From an uncultured Bdellovibrionales bacterium (GTDB lineage: Bacteria > Patescibacteriota > Minisyncoccia > Moranbacterales > UBA9337), in contig CAZSCV010000005.1 in assembly GCA_964605525.1 (NCBI GenBank), forward strand, positions 39,256-103,255: a stretch of DNA of 64,000 nt. Reading direction: 5' to 3'. Below are positions 38,031-47,826 of the stretch, in pieces (the stretch's first letter is position 1; each line of letters begins with the position of its first letter). The translations under genes and the position numbers were made by a program. Below the pieces are notes generated by a model. The model searched no databases and was not told the DNA's origin. It was given only the letters and a program-made list of their open reading frames with translations.

Positions 38031-39181
38031 AAATCGGCATTGACATTCGAAATATTGGAAAAGGAAGGACCGGCGATGAGGTGGTGTTTTTTAATTTAGT
38101 GAAAAATTTACAAGAGATAGTGCGTGAAGAAAAGCAGGAAGAGGGTGATTTTTTGCTTTTTACGGATATTGCTGATAAAAGTAAGTTGAAAGAAATTGAA
38201 AAGGATTTGGGTATAACGAAAGGTGATGGTTTTAAAATCATCTCACTTCCTTCAAAAAACAAGTTTGTTTGGAATTTCTGGACTTTGCCAAATTATTTGC
38301 GCAAGTATCCTGTTGATATTTTTCATACGCAATATATCACGCCTTTTTTTGTTTCTCGCAAAACGAAGATTGTTACCACGCTTCATGATGTTTCATTTCG
38401 AGTGCACAAAGAGTTTATCAAAAAAACCGATCTCTTTTTTCTGAATATTTTGATTCCGCTCAGTATTCGGCGTGCTGACAAAGTGATTGCAGTTTCCCAG
38501 TTTACAAAAGATGAAATTGTGAAATATTATGCAGTGAATCCGGAAAAAGTGGCGGTTGTACGAAATTCTGTGGCGGATAATTTCAAGAGAAAGCTTTCCA
38601 ATGAAGAACTGGCCGAGGTAAAAAAGAAATATAATTTGCCGGATGAATTTGTTATGTATCTTGGAACCTTGCAACCGCGTAAGAACATTGCGTTGTTAGC
38701 TGAGGCTTATGCGAGAATAAAAAAAGATGTTCCTGGGGTAAAATTGGTTTTGGTAGGAAATCGCAAGTCGCATAATTTCGATCAAAAGATAGACGAAGTT
38801 ATCAAAAAGGAGAAATTACAAGAGGATGTGATTTTCCCCGGGTATGTGGATGAAAAAGATAAGCCGGCAATTTTTCGCTTAGCGAAGATTTTTGCTTTTT
38901 TGTCCTTGTATGAAGGATTCGGAATTCCGATTTTAGAAGCGATGAGTCAGGATGTTCCAGTGCTTGCTTCCGACATTCCGGTTTTGCGGGAAGTCGGAGG
39001 AAATGGATGTAGCTTTGCGCCGGCGGAAAATCTTGATGAAATATCAAAAAAGATGTATAATCTTATTATTGACAATAATTTGAGAGATGAGCTTATTTTG
39101 AGCGGAAAAGGGCAACTGGAAAAATTTTCTTGGATGAAATCGGCTCAAAAAATGCTGGAAATTTATCAAAAATTAATTTAG
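38027..39181 (+). CDS. glycosyltransferase family 4
   Basis: EGFGIPILEAMSQDVPVLAS. Start reset to the ATG at 38027 (ATGA overlap with the ligase stop). Confidence 0.75.
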   Translation: MKIGIDIRNIGKGRTGDEVVFFNLVKNLQEIVREEKQEEGDFLLFTDIADKSKLKEIEKDLGITKGDGFKIISLPSKNKFVWNFWTLPNYLRKYPVDIFHTQYITPFFVSRKTKIVTTLHDVSFRVHKEFIKKTDLFFLNILIPLSIRRADKVIAVSQFTKDEIVKYYAVNPEKVAVVRNSVADNFKRKLSNEELAEVKKKYNLPDEFVMYLGTLQPRKNIALLAEAYARIKKDVPGVKLVLVGNRKSHNFDQKIDEVIKKEKLQEDVIFPGYVDEKDKPAIFRLAKIFAFLSLYEGFGIPILEAMSQDVPVLASDIPVLREVGGNGCSFAPAENLDEISKKMYNLIIDNNLRDELILSGKGQLEKFSWMKSAQKMLEIYQKLI

Positions 39182-39208
39182 AAATAAGAAACATAATATT
39201 ATAAAAAA

Positions 39209-40432
39209 ATGTGGCCATTTTCAAAAAAGAAACAGGGAGGTAATAATGATTTCGTGTACGATTCTTCAAAAAATAAAAAAATGAAAACCTGGAAAAAAGT
39301 TTCACTTATTCTGGGCGGGCTTTTGGTTTTGGTTTTTGGAGCGATGGCGTGGAAAACTGGAAGCGTTTGGCATAAAGTCGGAAGTGGTGGTATTTTTGAA
39401 AATTTATACAAAGCCTTACCGATCGGAGAAGACAAACTTGAGGGAGAGGCTGATGGAAGGGTTAATATTCTTCTTTTGGGAATGCGCGGAGAAGGTGTGG
39501 AGGGCGGAGGGCTTTTGGCAGATACAATTATGGTTGCCAGTGTTAAACCAGGAAGCGAAGGAGTGGAAAGCAAAGCCTCGCTATTTTCTGTTCCGCGAGA
39601 TTTTTATGTGAAAGTTCCCGGCAAAGATTTTCAAGCAAAAATAAATGCCGTATATGCCAGTGGCGAGGAGCGGGAAAAAGGAGGCGGACTTACTGATATG
39701 AGTACGATTATTGGTGAAATTGTCGGAGTTCCAATTCATTATGCAGTGAGTATTAATTTTGCGGGATTTCAGCAATTGGTGGATAGTTTGGGCGGAGTGG
39801 ATATTCATCTTGATCAGCCATTTAGTGAAACACTGCAATTTAAGGGTCTTGAACAGCGTTGCGATCCAACTACCGTTTTCAATGTCCCGTCTGGAAATTA
39901 TGAAGAAAAATGGATTCAACGAAAGAACGGAACATATTATACTAATCCGAAAAGATATCCTCTTTGCTATGCCAATAACGCTGACAAAGCATCTTTGGAG
40001 TGCGGAGGAGATTTTGAATTGCCTGCCGGAGATATTACTTTAACTGGAGAACAAGCGCTTTGTTATGTAAGATCCCGCGTTACTTCAAGTGATTTTGAAA
40101 GAGCGCGCCGTCAGCAGGAAATACTTCAGAAAATTAAAACCAAAGCTTTGAGCGTAGGAGTTCTTTCTGATTTTGGAACGATAAACAAAATGATGGATAG
40201 TTTGGGAAATAATGTTCGCACTAATATGCAAATGTGGGAAATGAAGAGATTTTTTGAACTATACCAGCAAATGGGAGATGTGAAAATCAGTCAGAAAGTT
40301 TTGGAAAATTCCGAAGAAGGGCTTTTGTACACGCCAACCGGAGATGAATGGAAAAGCGCCGGGTATATCCTTTTTCCAAGAGGCGATAACTACGACAGAA
40401 TAAAAGAAGCGTTTGCGAAAATGCTTGATTAA
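39209..40432 (+). CDS. LCP (LytR-CpsA-Psr) family protein
   Basis: N-terminal TM helix, then RVNILLLGMRGEG...ADTIMVASV...SVPRDFYVKVPG. Confidence 0.75.
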   Translation: MWPFSKKKQGGNNDFVYDSSKNKKMKTWKKVSLILGGLLVLVFGAMAWKTGSVWHKVGSGGIFENLYKALPIGEDKLEGEADGRVNILLLGMRGEGVEGGGLLADTIMVASVKPGSEGVESKASLFSVPRDFYVKVPGKDFQAKINAVYASGEEREKGGGLTDMSTIIGEIVGVPIHYAVSINFAGFQQLVDSLGGVDIHLDQPFSETLQFKGLEQRCDPTTVFNVPSGNYEEKWIQRKNGTYYTNPKRYPLCYANNADKASLECGGDFELPAGDITLTGEQALCYVRSRVTSSDFERARRQQEILQKIKTKALSVGVLSDFGTINKMMDSLGNNVRTNMQMWEMKRFFELYQQMGDVKISQKVLENSEEGLLYTPTGDEWKSAGYILFPRGDNYDRIKEAFAKMLD

Positions 40433-40440
40433 AATATCAA

Positions 40441-41709
40441 ATGACTCAAGATAGCCAACAGCCTCAAGAAATGAAAAAAAGCGGAAAAACATTTGGATTG
40501 TACGTCCAAAGTTTTTTCTTTTTCATTTTGTTGATTTTGAGTTTTTGGGTCGGGCTGGAAAAAGGAAGACAGGAAAACCAAGCTAATATTATTTCAAGCG
40601 AGGAGGTTCCGCTGGAAGAATCCATTTTGATTAATAAGGAAAAAGGCGGGAAAACTGTCGATTTCTCCCTATTTTGGAAGGTTTGGGATTTGCTCAAAGA
40701 AAAATATGTTGATACTAAAGATTTGAAAACGCAAGATTTGATTTATGGCGCCATCGAAGGAATGCTTGCGGCGACTGATGATCCATATACGGTGTTTTTT
40801 GATCCGGAAAAAAACAAACAATTCAATGAAGAAATCGAGGGAACGTTTGAGGGAATCGGTGCCGAGCTGGGAATCAGGGACGAAATTTTAACGGTAATCG
40901 CGCCTTTGGAAAATTCTCCGGCGGAAAAAGCCGGACTCAGACCGGGGGATAAAATCATTAAAATTGATGGAGAGGAAACTGATACAATAATCGAAGATGC
41001 AGTTAAGAAAATTCGCGGACCAAAGGGAAGTGAGGTTAAGCTTACGATATTTCGCAGCGGAGCGGAAGAGGAAACAAAAGAAGTTACGGTTATTCGGGAC
41101 ACTATCAGTGTTGATAGTGTTAAATCGGAAGAAAAAGGTAGTGGAATTTTTTATATAAATATAATCCGCTTTGGCGATACGACGATCAAGGAATTTCATG
41201 GTGCGATTAATAAAATCCCAAAGGATACAAAGGGGTTGATTATCGATTTGCGAAACGATCCCGGGGGATATTTGGATGCGGCGGTTGAAATGTCCAGCCG
41301 TGCTTTGCCAAAAGGAAAAACGGTTGTGATTGAGGAAGATTCCCAAGGAAAGCAGAAAAAAATATTCAGTACCGGAGGGGATGTTTTGAGTCAAATTAAT
41401 ACCGTAATTTTGATTAACGAGGGAAGTGCGAGCGCGTCGGAGATTATGGCGGGAGCGCTTCGTGAAAATCGCGATAATGTGACTTTGGTAGGAAAAAAAT
41501 CTTTCGGAAAAGGCTCAGTTCAGGAAGTAGTTTCTCTTCCCGGAAATAGCGCGGTTAAGATCACGGTTGCCAAATGGCTTACGCCCAGCGGAAATCAAAT
41601 CAACAAGGAAGGAATTTCCCCGGATGTCGAAGTAGACCTTACGGAAGATGATTGGAATAACGACCGCGACCCCCAACTGGACAAAGCAATTGAGATTTTG
41701 AAAAATTAA
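40441..41709 (+). CDS. ctpA: S41-family carboxyl-terminal processing protease with a PDZ domain
   Basis: PDZ GLRPGDKIIKIDGEE and the catalytic region LINEGSASASEIMAGAL. Confidence 0.8.
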   Translation: MTQDSQQPQEMKKSGKTFGLYVQSFFFFILLILSFWVGLEKGRQENQANIISSEEVPLEESILINKEKGGKTVDFSLFWKVWDLLKEKYVDTKDLKTQDLIYGAIEGMLAATDDPYTVFFDPEKNKQFNEEIEGTFEGIGAELGIRDEILTVIAPLENSPAEKAGLRPGDKIIKIDGEETDTIIEDAVKKIRGPKGSEVKLTIFRSGAEEETKEVTVIRDTISVDSVKSEEKGSGIFYINIIRFGDTTIKEFHGAINKIPKDTKGLIIDLRNDPGGYLDAAVEMSSRALPKGKTVVIEEDSQGKQKKIFSTGGDVLSQINTVILINEGSASASEIMAGALRENRDNVTLVGKKSFGKGSVQEVVSLPGNSAVKITVAKWLTPSGNQINKEGISPDVEVDLTEDDWNNDRDPQLDKAIEILKN

Positions 41710-41735
41710 TAGACGTACGCAGATGTTTTAATATC

Positions 41736-41765
41736 AAAAGACGGCTATAATGAGCCGTTTTTTGA
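41736..41765 (+). terminator. rho-independent terminator
   Basis: acggctataatgagccgt followed by T6. Confidence 0.6.
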
Positions 41766-41879
41766 TATGAGATATTGATTTTATTTTGATTCTATTATAT
41801 CTTTGTCTGATGCTGTTTGACAATTTCATAATTTAAAAACCAAAAAAGATGTTTTTAATTTCAAAACGGAGGAAGTGGT

Positions 41880-42527
41880 ATGAAAAAAACAAGTATTATC
41901 GCTGTGTTGTTGATTGCAGTTTTTCTTGGTGGCGGATGTGCTGTCGCGGATGATGCTGTTGTTGAATGGAGTAATCCGGAACAGCCGCAGCCGGAAATAC
42001 TTTTTGACCTCTGGGGGGATGGTGGCGAGAAATATGCCGTCACAATATCAGTGAGAGATATCTTCTTTGATAATCTCTCTGTTGAGGTTGACGGAGAGTT
42101 TGCCATTAGCGGGAAATCCCGCTATCTTTCCGATTTTAGTGTCGTTCTACCTGAGGTTGGGAAGAAGTATGACATCAAAGTCAGACTCTTTGATAAAAAT
42201 CGGAAGGAGATTTTTTCAAGGAGCGAAAAAATCTCAACTCCGCTTGTTGAATTCGAGACATGCTATTGTCTTAAAAAAAATGACCAGATTATGGTCGTTT
42301 GCGAAGGGAATTTAATGGTGGAGGATTATATTTTCCAGAAAATTTCCCTTTTGATGGGGGAAGATGTGAGCAGAGAGCCATTGGTTATTAATAATGGCGG
42401 AAACTTGTTTGTCATTGCGTCTTTTACGAAGGAGGAGTTTAGGAAGATCGGGAGTCTTCCTGTGGTGGTGAATTTCGATGAATTCTCCTCCGAGCCAATG
42501 GTTTTGGAGGATTGCAATAAGAAGTAA
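41880..42527 (+). CDS. secreted/lipoprotein-like protein, function unknown
   Basis: Signal peptide MKKTSIIAVLLIAVFLGGGCAV. Strong SD. Confidence 0.4.
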   Translation: MKKTSIIAVLLIAVFLGGGCAVADDAVVEWSNPEQPQPEILFDLWGDGGEKYAVTISVRDIFFDNLSVEVDGEFAISGKSRYLSDFSVVLPEVGKKYDIKVRLFDKNRKEIFSRSEKISTPLVEFETCYCLKKNDQIMVVCEGNLMVEDYIFQKISLLMGEDVSREPLVINNGGNLFVIASFTKEEFRKIGSLPVVVNFDEFSSEPMVLEDCNKK

Positions 42528-42548
42528 AAAATTGCAAATAGTTCTTTT

Positions 42549-42591
42549 TAAAAAATCCCGGACACGCACTGCGTGTTCGGGATTTTTTTGT
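42549..42591. terminator. bidirectional rho-independent terminator between the convergent lipoprotein-like gene and cysS
   Basis: atcccggacacgcactgcgtgttcgggat flanked by an A-run and T7. Confidence 0.75.
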
Positions 42592-42610
42592 GGTTTTAAA
42601 AAGATAAGAT

Positions 42611-44044
42611 TTATTTTTTCTTTACCTTGAATCCTTCTTTGATGTCTTCAATGAGGTAGCCTTTTTCTTCAATACTTTTGCGGAAGGTGTCGGCTTTTTG
42701 GAAGTCTTTTTCTTTGCGGGCATTTTCCCGGTTTTTTGCCAGCGCCAAAATTTCTTCCGGAATTTCCGCTTGTCCATTAAGATGAAGACCGAAAACGGAA
42801 TTCATTTTTTTCCAAAGGGAAAGTATCTGCCGGGCTTTTTTGGAAGGAATTCTTTGCTGGGAAGTTATTTTGTTTGTAGTGCTAATCAAATCAAAAAGAA
42901 CGCTGAGCGCCAGAGGCGTGTTGAGATCGTCATCCATTGCTTCCCTGAAGCGTTTTTCAAATTCATCCAACTGAATTTTTTCAGAAATTTCAATGTCCAG
43001 ATTCTGCGCCGCCATGATTTCCATATTCAAAACAAAATCGGAAATTTTTTGCAGATTTGATTTGGCTTGCTTCATTGCATCCCAGGTGAAATTCAGATTT
43101 GAGCGATAATGGGAAGAAAGAAGAAGAACGCGAAGCGCCATTGGTTCAAATCCTTTCTCTTTAATATCAACAAGGGTGTAAAAATTTCCTTTGGATTTTG
43201 CCATTTTTTCTCCGTCAACGAGCAAATGGCGGACGTGAATCCAATAATTAACAAATTTTTTCCCAGTATAACACTGAGTTTGGGCAATTTCCGCTTCATG
43301 ATGAGGAAATATATTATCTTCTCCTCCGGTGTGAATGTCGATGGTTTCACCTAGATATTCGGTACTCATTGCGCTACATTCAATGTGCCAGCCGGGATAA
43401 CCGATTGACCAAGGTGATTCCCATTGCATCAGGTGTTTTTCCGGAGCTTTGAGCCAAAGAGCAAAATCCCAAGGATTTTTTTTGTCCGGATGCTCTTCGA
43501 GGCGAGCGCCGATTTTGAGGTTTTCCAAAGTGTTTCCGGAAAGTTTTCCATATTCCGGAAATTTTTCAATATCAAAAAAGACATTCCCATTTTTTTCATA
43601 GGCAAATCCTTTTTCAATTAACCCGCTTATTATTTTTATCATTTGGTCGATATGCGCTGTGGCTCTTGGGAAATAGGTAGCCGGAAGAATGTTCATTTCC
43701 TTTTCCACTTCTTTGAAATTTTCTTCATAAAATCGGGCAATTTCTTTTGGAGATTTTTTTTCTGACAGAGCTTTTTTTACAAGCTTGTCATCTCCGCTGT
43801 CGCCCTGATTGACATCATCTTCCGTGAGATGTCCGACATCTGTGATATTTTTAATCAGACGGACTTCAAAACCAAGAAATTCCAAGTATCTTCGCAAAGT
43901 GTCAGCATTTAAATAGGCGCGGATATTTCCCAAGTGGATGTAGTCATAAACAGTCGGACCGCAAACATACATCCCGACTTTTCCGAGATGCAAGGGTTTG
44001 AATTCTTCTTTTTGTTTTGCAAGGGTGTTGTATAGAGTTAGCAT
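42611..44044 (-). CDS. cysS: cysteine--tRNA ligase
   Basis: HIGH-type YIHLGN and KMSKS-type KMAKSKGN motifs. CGPTVYD at the N-terminus. Confidence 0.9.
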   Translation of the reverse strand: MLTLYNTLAKQKEEFKPLHLGKVGMYVCGPTVYDYIHLGNIRAYLNADTLRRYLEFLGFEVRLIKNITDVGHLTEDDVNQGDSGDDKLVKKALSEKKSPKEIARFYEENFKEVEKEMNILPATYFPRATAHIDQMIKIISGLIEKGFAYEKNGNVFFDIEKFPEYGKLSGNTLENLKIGARLEEHPDKKNPWDFALWLKAPEKHLMQWESPWSIGYPGWHIECSAMSTEYLGETIDIHTGGEDNIFPHHEAEIAQTQCYTGKKFVNYWIHVRHLLVDGEKMAKSKGNFYTLVDIKEKGFEPMALRVLLLSSHYRSNLNFTWDAMKQAKSNLQKISDFVLNMEIMAAQNLDIEISEKIQLDEFEKRFREAMDDDLNTPLALSVLFDLISTTNKITSQQRIPSKKARQILSLWKKMNSVFGLHLNGQAEIPEEILALAKNRENARKEKDFQKADTFRKSIEEKGYLIEDIKEGFKVKKK

Positions 44045-44346
44045 TTGTTTGATTTTAAAAAATAATAGGAGATTTGCATATTCAGATTTATGATATGTTC
44101 TTCAAAAAATAATGAATTTTTCTTTTTCCAGTTGTCCCTTTTGGTTGGTTTATTTTTTCTTTTCTGGTATTCGGTTGGCTCGTGCGTGAAGTTTTTGCTG
44201 TATACGCACAAAGACAAGAGTAAAAAGAAAAATTCATTATTTTTTTGGAAAACAGGAGTCTATTTGAATACGCAGGCTGTATAATTATTAAAACAGAACG
44301 ATATTTTTAACTTATTAACATTTGAATTATACACTTTTTTATTTTT

Positions 44347-44375
44347 GTTGACAAAGTATGTGGGCTAAAATAGTA
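44347..44375 (+). promoter_or_regulatory. sigma-70-like promoter TTGACA-N17-TAGTAT upstream of yidD
   Basis: Sequence match. Confidence 0.45.
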
Positions 44376-44383
44376 TAAAGAGT

Positions 44384-44641
44384 ATGAAAAAGTTGCTTCT
44401 GTTGTTTATTCGATTTTACCAAAAAACTTTGTCGCTTGACCAGGGTATTTTTAGTTGGATGGTTTCCGAGCAATCTTGTCGTTTTTACCCAACTTGCTCG
44501 GAATATTCTTATCAGGCGATAGATCGCTTTGGAATTACAAGAGGAGGATGGCTGGCAGTCAAAAGAATTTCACGCTGTCATCCATGGAATCCGGGAGGAT
44601 ATGATCCAGTGCCAAAGAAGGAATTAAGAATTAAGCATTAA
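44384..44641 (+). CDS. yidD: membrane protein insertion efficiency factor YidD
   Basis: [19 protein letters not shown]...[14 protein letters not shown]. Confidence 0.85.
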   Translation: MKKLLLLFIRFYQKTLSLDQGIFSWMVSEQSCRFYPTCSEYSYQAIDRFGITRGGWLAVKRISRCHPWNPGGYDPVPKKELRIKH

Positions 44642-44722
44642 GAAGTAGGAAGTTGGAATTAAGCGTGGAGTGCGCGCAAGTTGGCGCTTTTTTATTTTCT
44701 CTAAAAATGTTAGAATGAAGTT

Positions 44723-45442
44723 ATGCAGTTTGATATCATTACAATATTTCCGGAGATATTCAACTCGTATTTTTCCGAGTCGATTTTGAAGCGCGCGCAG
44801 AGGGAAAATCTCATTAAAATAAATGTGCATAATTTGCGGGATTATACGACAGACAAACATCGAACAGTTGATGACACGCCATATGGTGGGGGAGCTGGGA
44901 TGGTAATGATGGTGGAGCCGATACTTCTAGCTGTTAGCTCAATAATTTCCAATTTTTCCTCCAAAGGCGGACCAGCCTTGGGCTGGCAATTTCCAATTTC
45001 CAAACAATTTTCAAATTCCAATTCTAAAATTTCCAAACCGAAAAATACGCGCATTATACTGTTTTCTGCCAAAGGAAAAAGGTATACTCAACAAGATGCA
45101 ATCAGATTATCCCAATATAAAAATATCATAATGATTTGCGGGCGGTATGAAGGAGTTGATGAAAGAGTGGCGGAGCATATTGCGGACGAAGAAATATCGA
45201 TCGGGGATTATGTTTTGACTGGCGGGGAAATTCCGGCAATGGTTATCGTTGATAGCGTGTCGCGATTGTTGCCGGGAGTGCTTGGGAATAAAGAAAGTAC
45301 CAAAAAAGAATCACACAATGAACCTGGAGATCTTGAGCACCCTCAATACACGAAACCGGAAAAGTTCAACGATTGGAAAGTTCCGGAAGTTTTGCTCGGA
45401 GGAAATCACGCTGAAATTGAAAAATGGAGAAATGAAAAATAA
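44723..45442 (+). CDS. trmD: tRNA (guanine37-N1)-methyltransferase with a ~35-aa in-frame low-complexity insertion
   Basis: MQFDIITIFPEIF...TPYGGGAGMVMMVEP and C-terminal GDYVLTGGEIPAMV. Insert ISNFSSKGGPALGWQFPISKQFSNSNSKISKPKN at nt 44985..45045. Confidence 0.85.
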   Translation: MQFDIITIFPEIFNSYFSESILKRAQRENLIKINVHNLRDYTTDKHRTVDDTPYGGGAGMVMMVEPILLAVSSIISNFSSKGGPALGWQFPISKQFSNSNSKISKPKNTRIILFSAKGKRYTQQDAIRLSQYKNIIMICGRYEGVDERVAEHIADEEISIGDYVLTGGEIPAMVIVDSVSRLLPGVLGNKESTKKESHNEPGDLEHPQYTKPEKFNDWKVPEVLLGGNHAEIEKWRNEK

Positions 45443-46523
45443 AAACATAGATAAAAAATTATTATTTACGGTTATCGCTTTGTCGATTTTCGGATTAGTT
45501 ATGATTGCCAGCGCCGGAGTGATTTATTCAAAAACTCGGTTTGGAGATCCGAATTATTTTTTCAAGCACCAGCTTTTGTACGGTTTCCTTCCGGGGTTGT
45601 TTGTCATGTATTTTTTTCAAAAAATTGATTATCATTTTTGGAAAAAAATGGCTTTTCCTGCGATTGTTGGGGCGTTGATTGCTTTGGTGCTGGTTTTTGT
45701 GCCGGGGATAGGCTCGAGAGTATATGGAGCTAATCGTTGGATTGGACTGGGGCCGATTTCTTTTCAGCCGTCTGAAATGGCAAAAATATCGATTATTATT
45801 TATTTGGCGGCTTGGTTGGAAAGCAAGGGAAAACAGAGAATAAAAGATATTTATGAAGGGTTGTTTCCCTTTTTGGGTATTTTGGGAATAATCGGCTTTT
45901 TAATTATTAAACAGCCAGACACGGGAACGATGGGGGCGATAATTTTAATTGCAATGTCGATTTTCTTTGTTTCCGGGGCTAGAATTTCCCATATTTTCGG
46001 ATTGATAATTGCCGGGTTGACAGGGCTTATGATTCTGATAAAAATTGAGCCCTACCGAATGAATCGTTTTTTGACGTTTATGAATCCGGAAGCGGATCCT
46101 CAAGGAATTGGTTATCAAATCAATCAAGCGCTTTTGGCAATAGGATCCGGAGGAATTTTCGGTCTCGGCTTGGGGCATAGCCGGCAAAAATTCAATTATT
46201 TGCCGGAACCGATTGGAGATTCAATTTTTGCAATTATCGGGGAAGAACTTGGATTGGTTGGCGCAGTTACATTGGTGTTGCTTTTTTCTATGCTGGCTTT
46301 CCGCGGCTATAAAATTGCCAAAAATGCTCCGGATGAATTTGGAAAATTGATGGCAGTGGGGATTACTTCATGGATTGCTTTCCAGGCATTTATTAACATT
46401 GCGGCAATTTCTGGTATAATTCCATTGACGGGAATTACTTTGCCGTTTGTGAGCTACGGAGGAACATCATTGATATTTTTGATGTCAGGAGCTGGAATTT
46501 TATTAAATATTTCTAAACATTAG
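45432..46523 (+). CDS. ftsW: FtsW/RodA/SpoVE-family peptidoglycan glycosyltransferase (SEDS)
   Basis: Polytopic, with the SEDS signature region. Start reset to MKNKNIDKK at 45432; the tracked ORF extends into trmD. Confidence 0.8.
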   Translation: MKNKNIDKKLLFTVIALSIFGLVMIASAGVIYSKTRFGDPNYFFKHQLLYGFLPGLFVMYFFQKIDYHFWKKMAFPAIVGALIALVLVFVPGIGSRVYGANRWIGLGPISFQPSEMAKISIIIYLAAWLESKGKQRIKDIYEGLFPFLGILGIIGFLIIKQPDTGTMGAIILIAMSIFFVSGARISHIFGLIIAGLTGLMILIKIEPYRMNRFLTFMNPEADPQGIGYQINQALLAIGSGGIFGLGLGHSRQKFNYLPEPIGDSIFAIIGEELGLVGAVTLVLLFSMLAFRGYKIAKNAPDEFGKLMAVGITSWIAFQAFINIAAISGIIPLTGITLPFVSYGGTSLIFLMSGAGILLNISKH

Positions 46524-46597
46524 ATCGTAGGATTTAGGTGGTAGCTTTTTAGAAAGAATCTAAAAAGTTAAGTAGCTAATTTCTAAAAAGTTTAATT

Positions 46598-47713
46598 ATG
46601 AAAATCGTATTAGCAGGCGGCGGAACCGGAGGGCATATTTTTCCTCTTGTGGCGGTCGCTAGAAAATTAAAAGAAAAACACGCATTGGGAATAGATTTGC
46701 TTTTTATCGGACCGAACGGAAAACTGGAAAAAGAAGTGATGATGGAAGAGGGAATTCGCGCAAAAAGTGTTTTAAGTGGAAAGGTCAGGCGATATTTTTC
46801 TTTTTTGAATTTTATCGATTTTTTTAAGGTTCCTTTCGGTTTTCTGAAAGCGCTTTGGATTTTGCTTTGGGAAATGCCCGATGCGGTTTTTTCCAAGGGA
46901 GGTTACGCATCTGTTCCTGTTGTTCTGGCCGCGTGGGTATACCGTATTCCGGTTTTAATACATGAATCGGATGCAGTACCAGGAATTGCCAATAGGTTTT
47001 TGGAAAAATTTTCCAAGCGAGTCGCTATTTCATATCCGACGGCTGAAAAGTTTTTTATGTCTTCTAAAATTTTGCTTACCGGAAATCCAATTCGCGAAGG
47101 AATGAATCAAGGGAATAAAGAAGCGGCGCGGGAGAAATATAATATGGGACAATCAAAGCCAACTTTATTGGTATTAGGGGGAAGCCAGGGATCTCAGGCG
47201 GTGAACCGTGCAATCGTGGAGGCGCTCCCGGATATTTTGCAAACAGTTCAAATAATTCATCAAACCGGGCAGGAAAATTTTGAAGAGGTTGTGCATTCTG
47301 CGGCCAAGAAAGGAATTAAAAACGGAAGAGATGGATATTTCGCAATTCCTTTTTTGAATTTCGAAGATATGCGCAATTGCTTGGCGTTGGCAGATGTGGC
47401 GGTGAGCCGCGCCGGAGCCAATTCAATTGCCGAACTGGCGGCAAATGGAATCCCACCTGTCTTAATTCCCCTGGCAACTGCTGCCAATGACCATCAAAGA
47501 ATGAATGCTTTCCGCTTGGCGGAAATCGGAGGCGCAATAATGCTGGAAGAATCAAATTTGGGAAAACATATTCTTATTGAAAAAGTTCAATCGATTTTAT
47601 CCAGCGAAGAATCATATCGGAAAATGGCGGAAAAAATTCAAACATTCTATCATCCGGACGCTGCGGAAAAAATCATTGAAGGATTGGAAGGAATGATAAT
47701 GTATGAAGAATAG
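46598..47713 (+). CDS. murG: undecaprenyldiphospho-muramoylpentapeptide beta-N-acetylglucosaminyltransferase
   Basis: MKIVLAGGGTGGHIFPLVAVARKL and a C-terminal GT-B motif. Confidence 0.9.
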   Translation: MKIVLAGGGTGGHIFPLVAVARKLKEKHALGIDLLFIGPNGKLEKEVMMEEGIRAKSVLSGKVRRYFSFLNFIDFFKVPFGFLKALWILLWEMPDAVFSKGGYASVPVVLAAWVYRIPVLIHESDAVPGIANRFLEKFSKRVAISYPTAEKFFMSSKILLTGNPIREGMNQGNKEAAREKYNMGQSKPTLLVLGGSQGSQAVNRAIVEALPDILQTVQIIHQTGQENFEEVVHSAAKKGIKNGRDGYFAIPFLNFEDMRNCLALADVAVSRAGANSIAELAANGIPPVLIPLATAANDHQRMNAFRLAEIGGAIMLEESNLGKHILIEKVQSILSSEESYRKMAEKIQTFYHPDAAEKIIEGLEGMIMYEE

Positions 47714-47826
47714 AACATAGAACATATGAAGTATGGAACATTAGAGCATGGAGTATGGAGCGTAAAGTGAAATTACGTCTTACGTCTTACGTCTTAAAAA
47801 ATATTATTAATTTTTTTTAAAAAAAT

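Noticed and set aside
44045-44346. T-box riboswitch upstream of cysS
   Set aside because: No T-box consensus (AATTAGGGTGGNACCGCG) or antiterminator context found on the minus strand.
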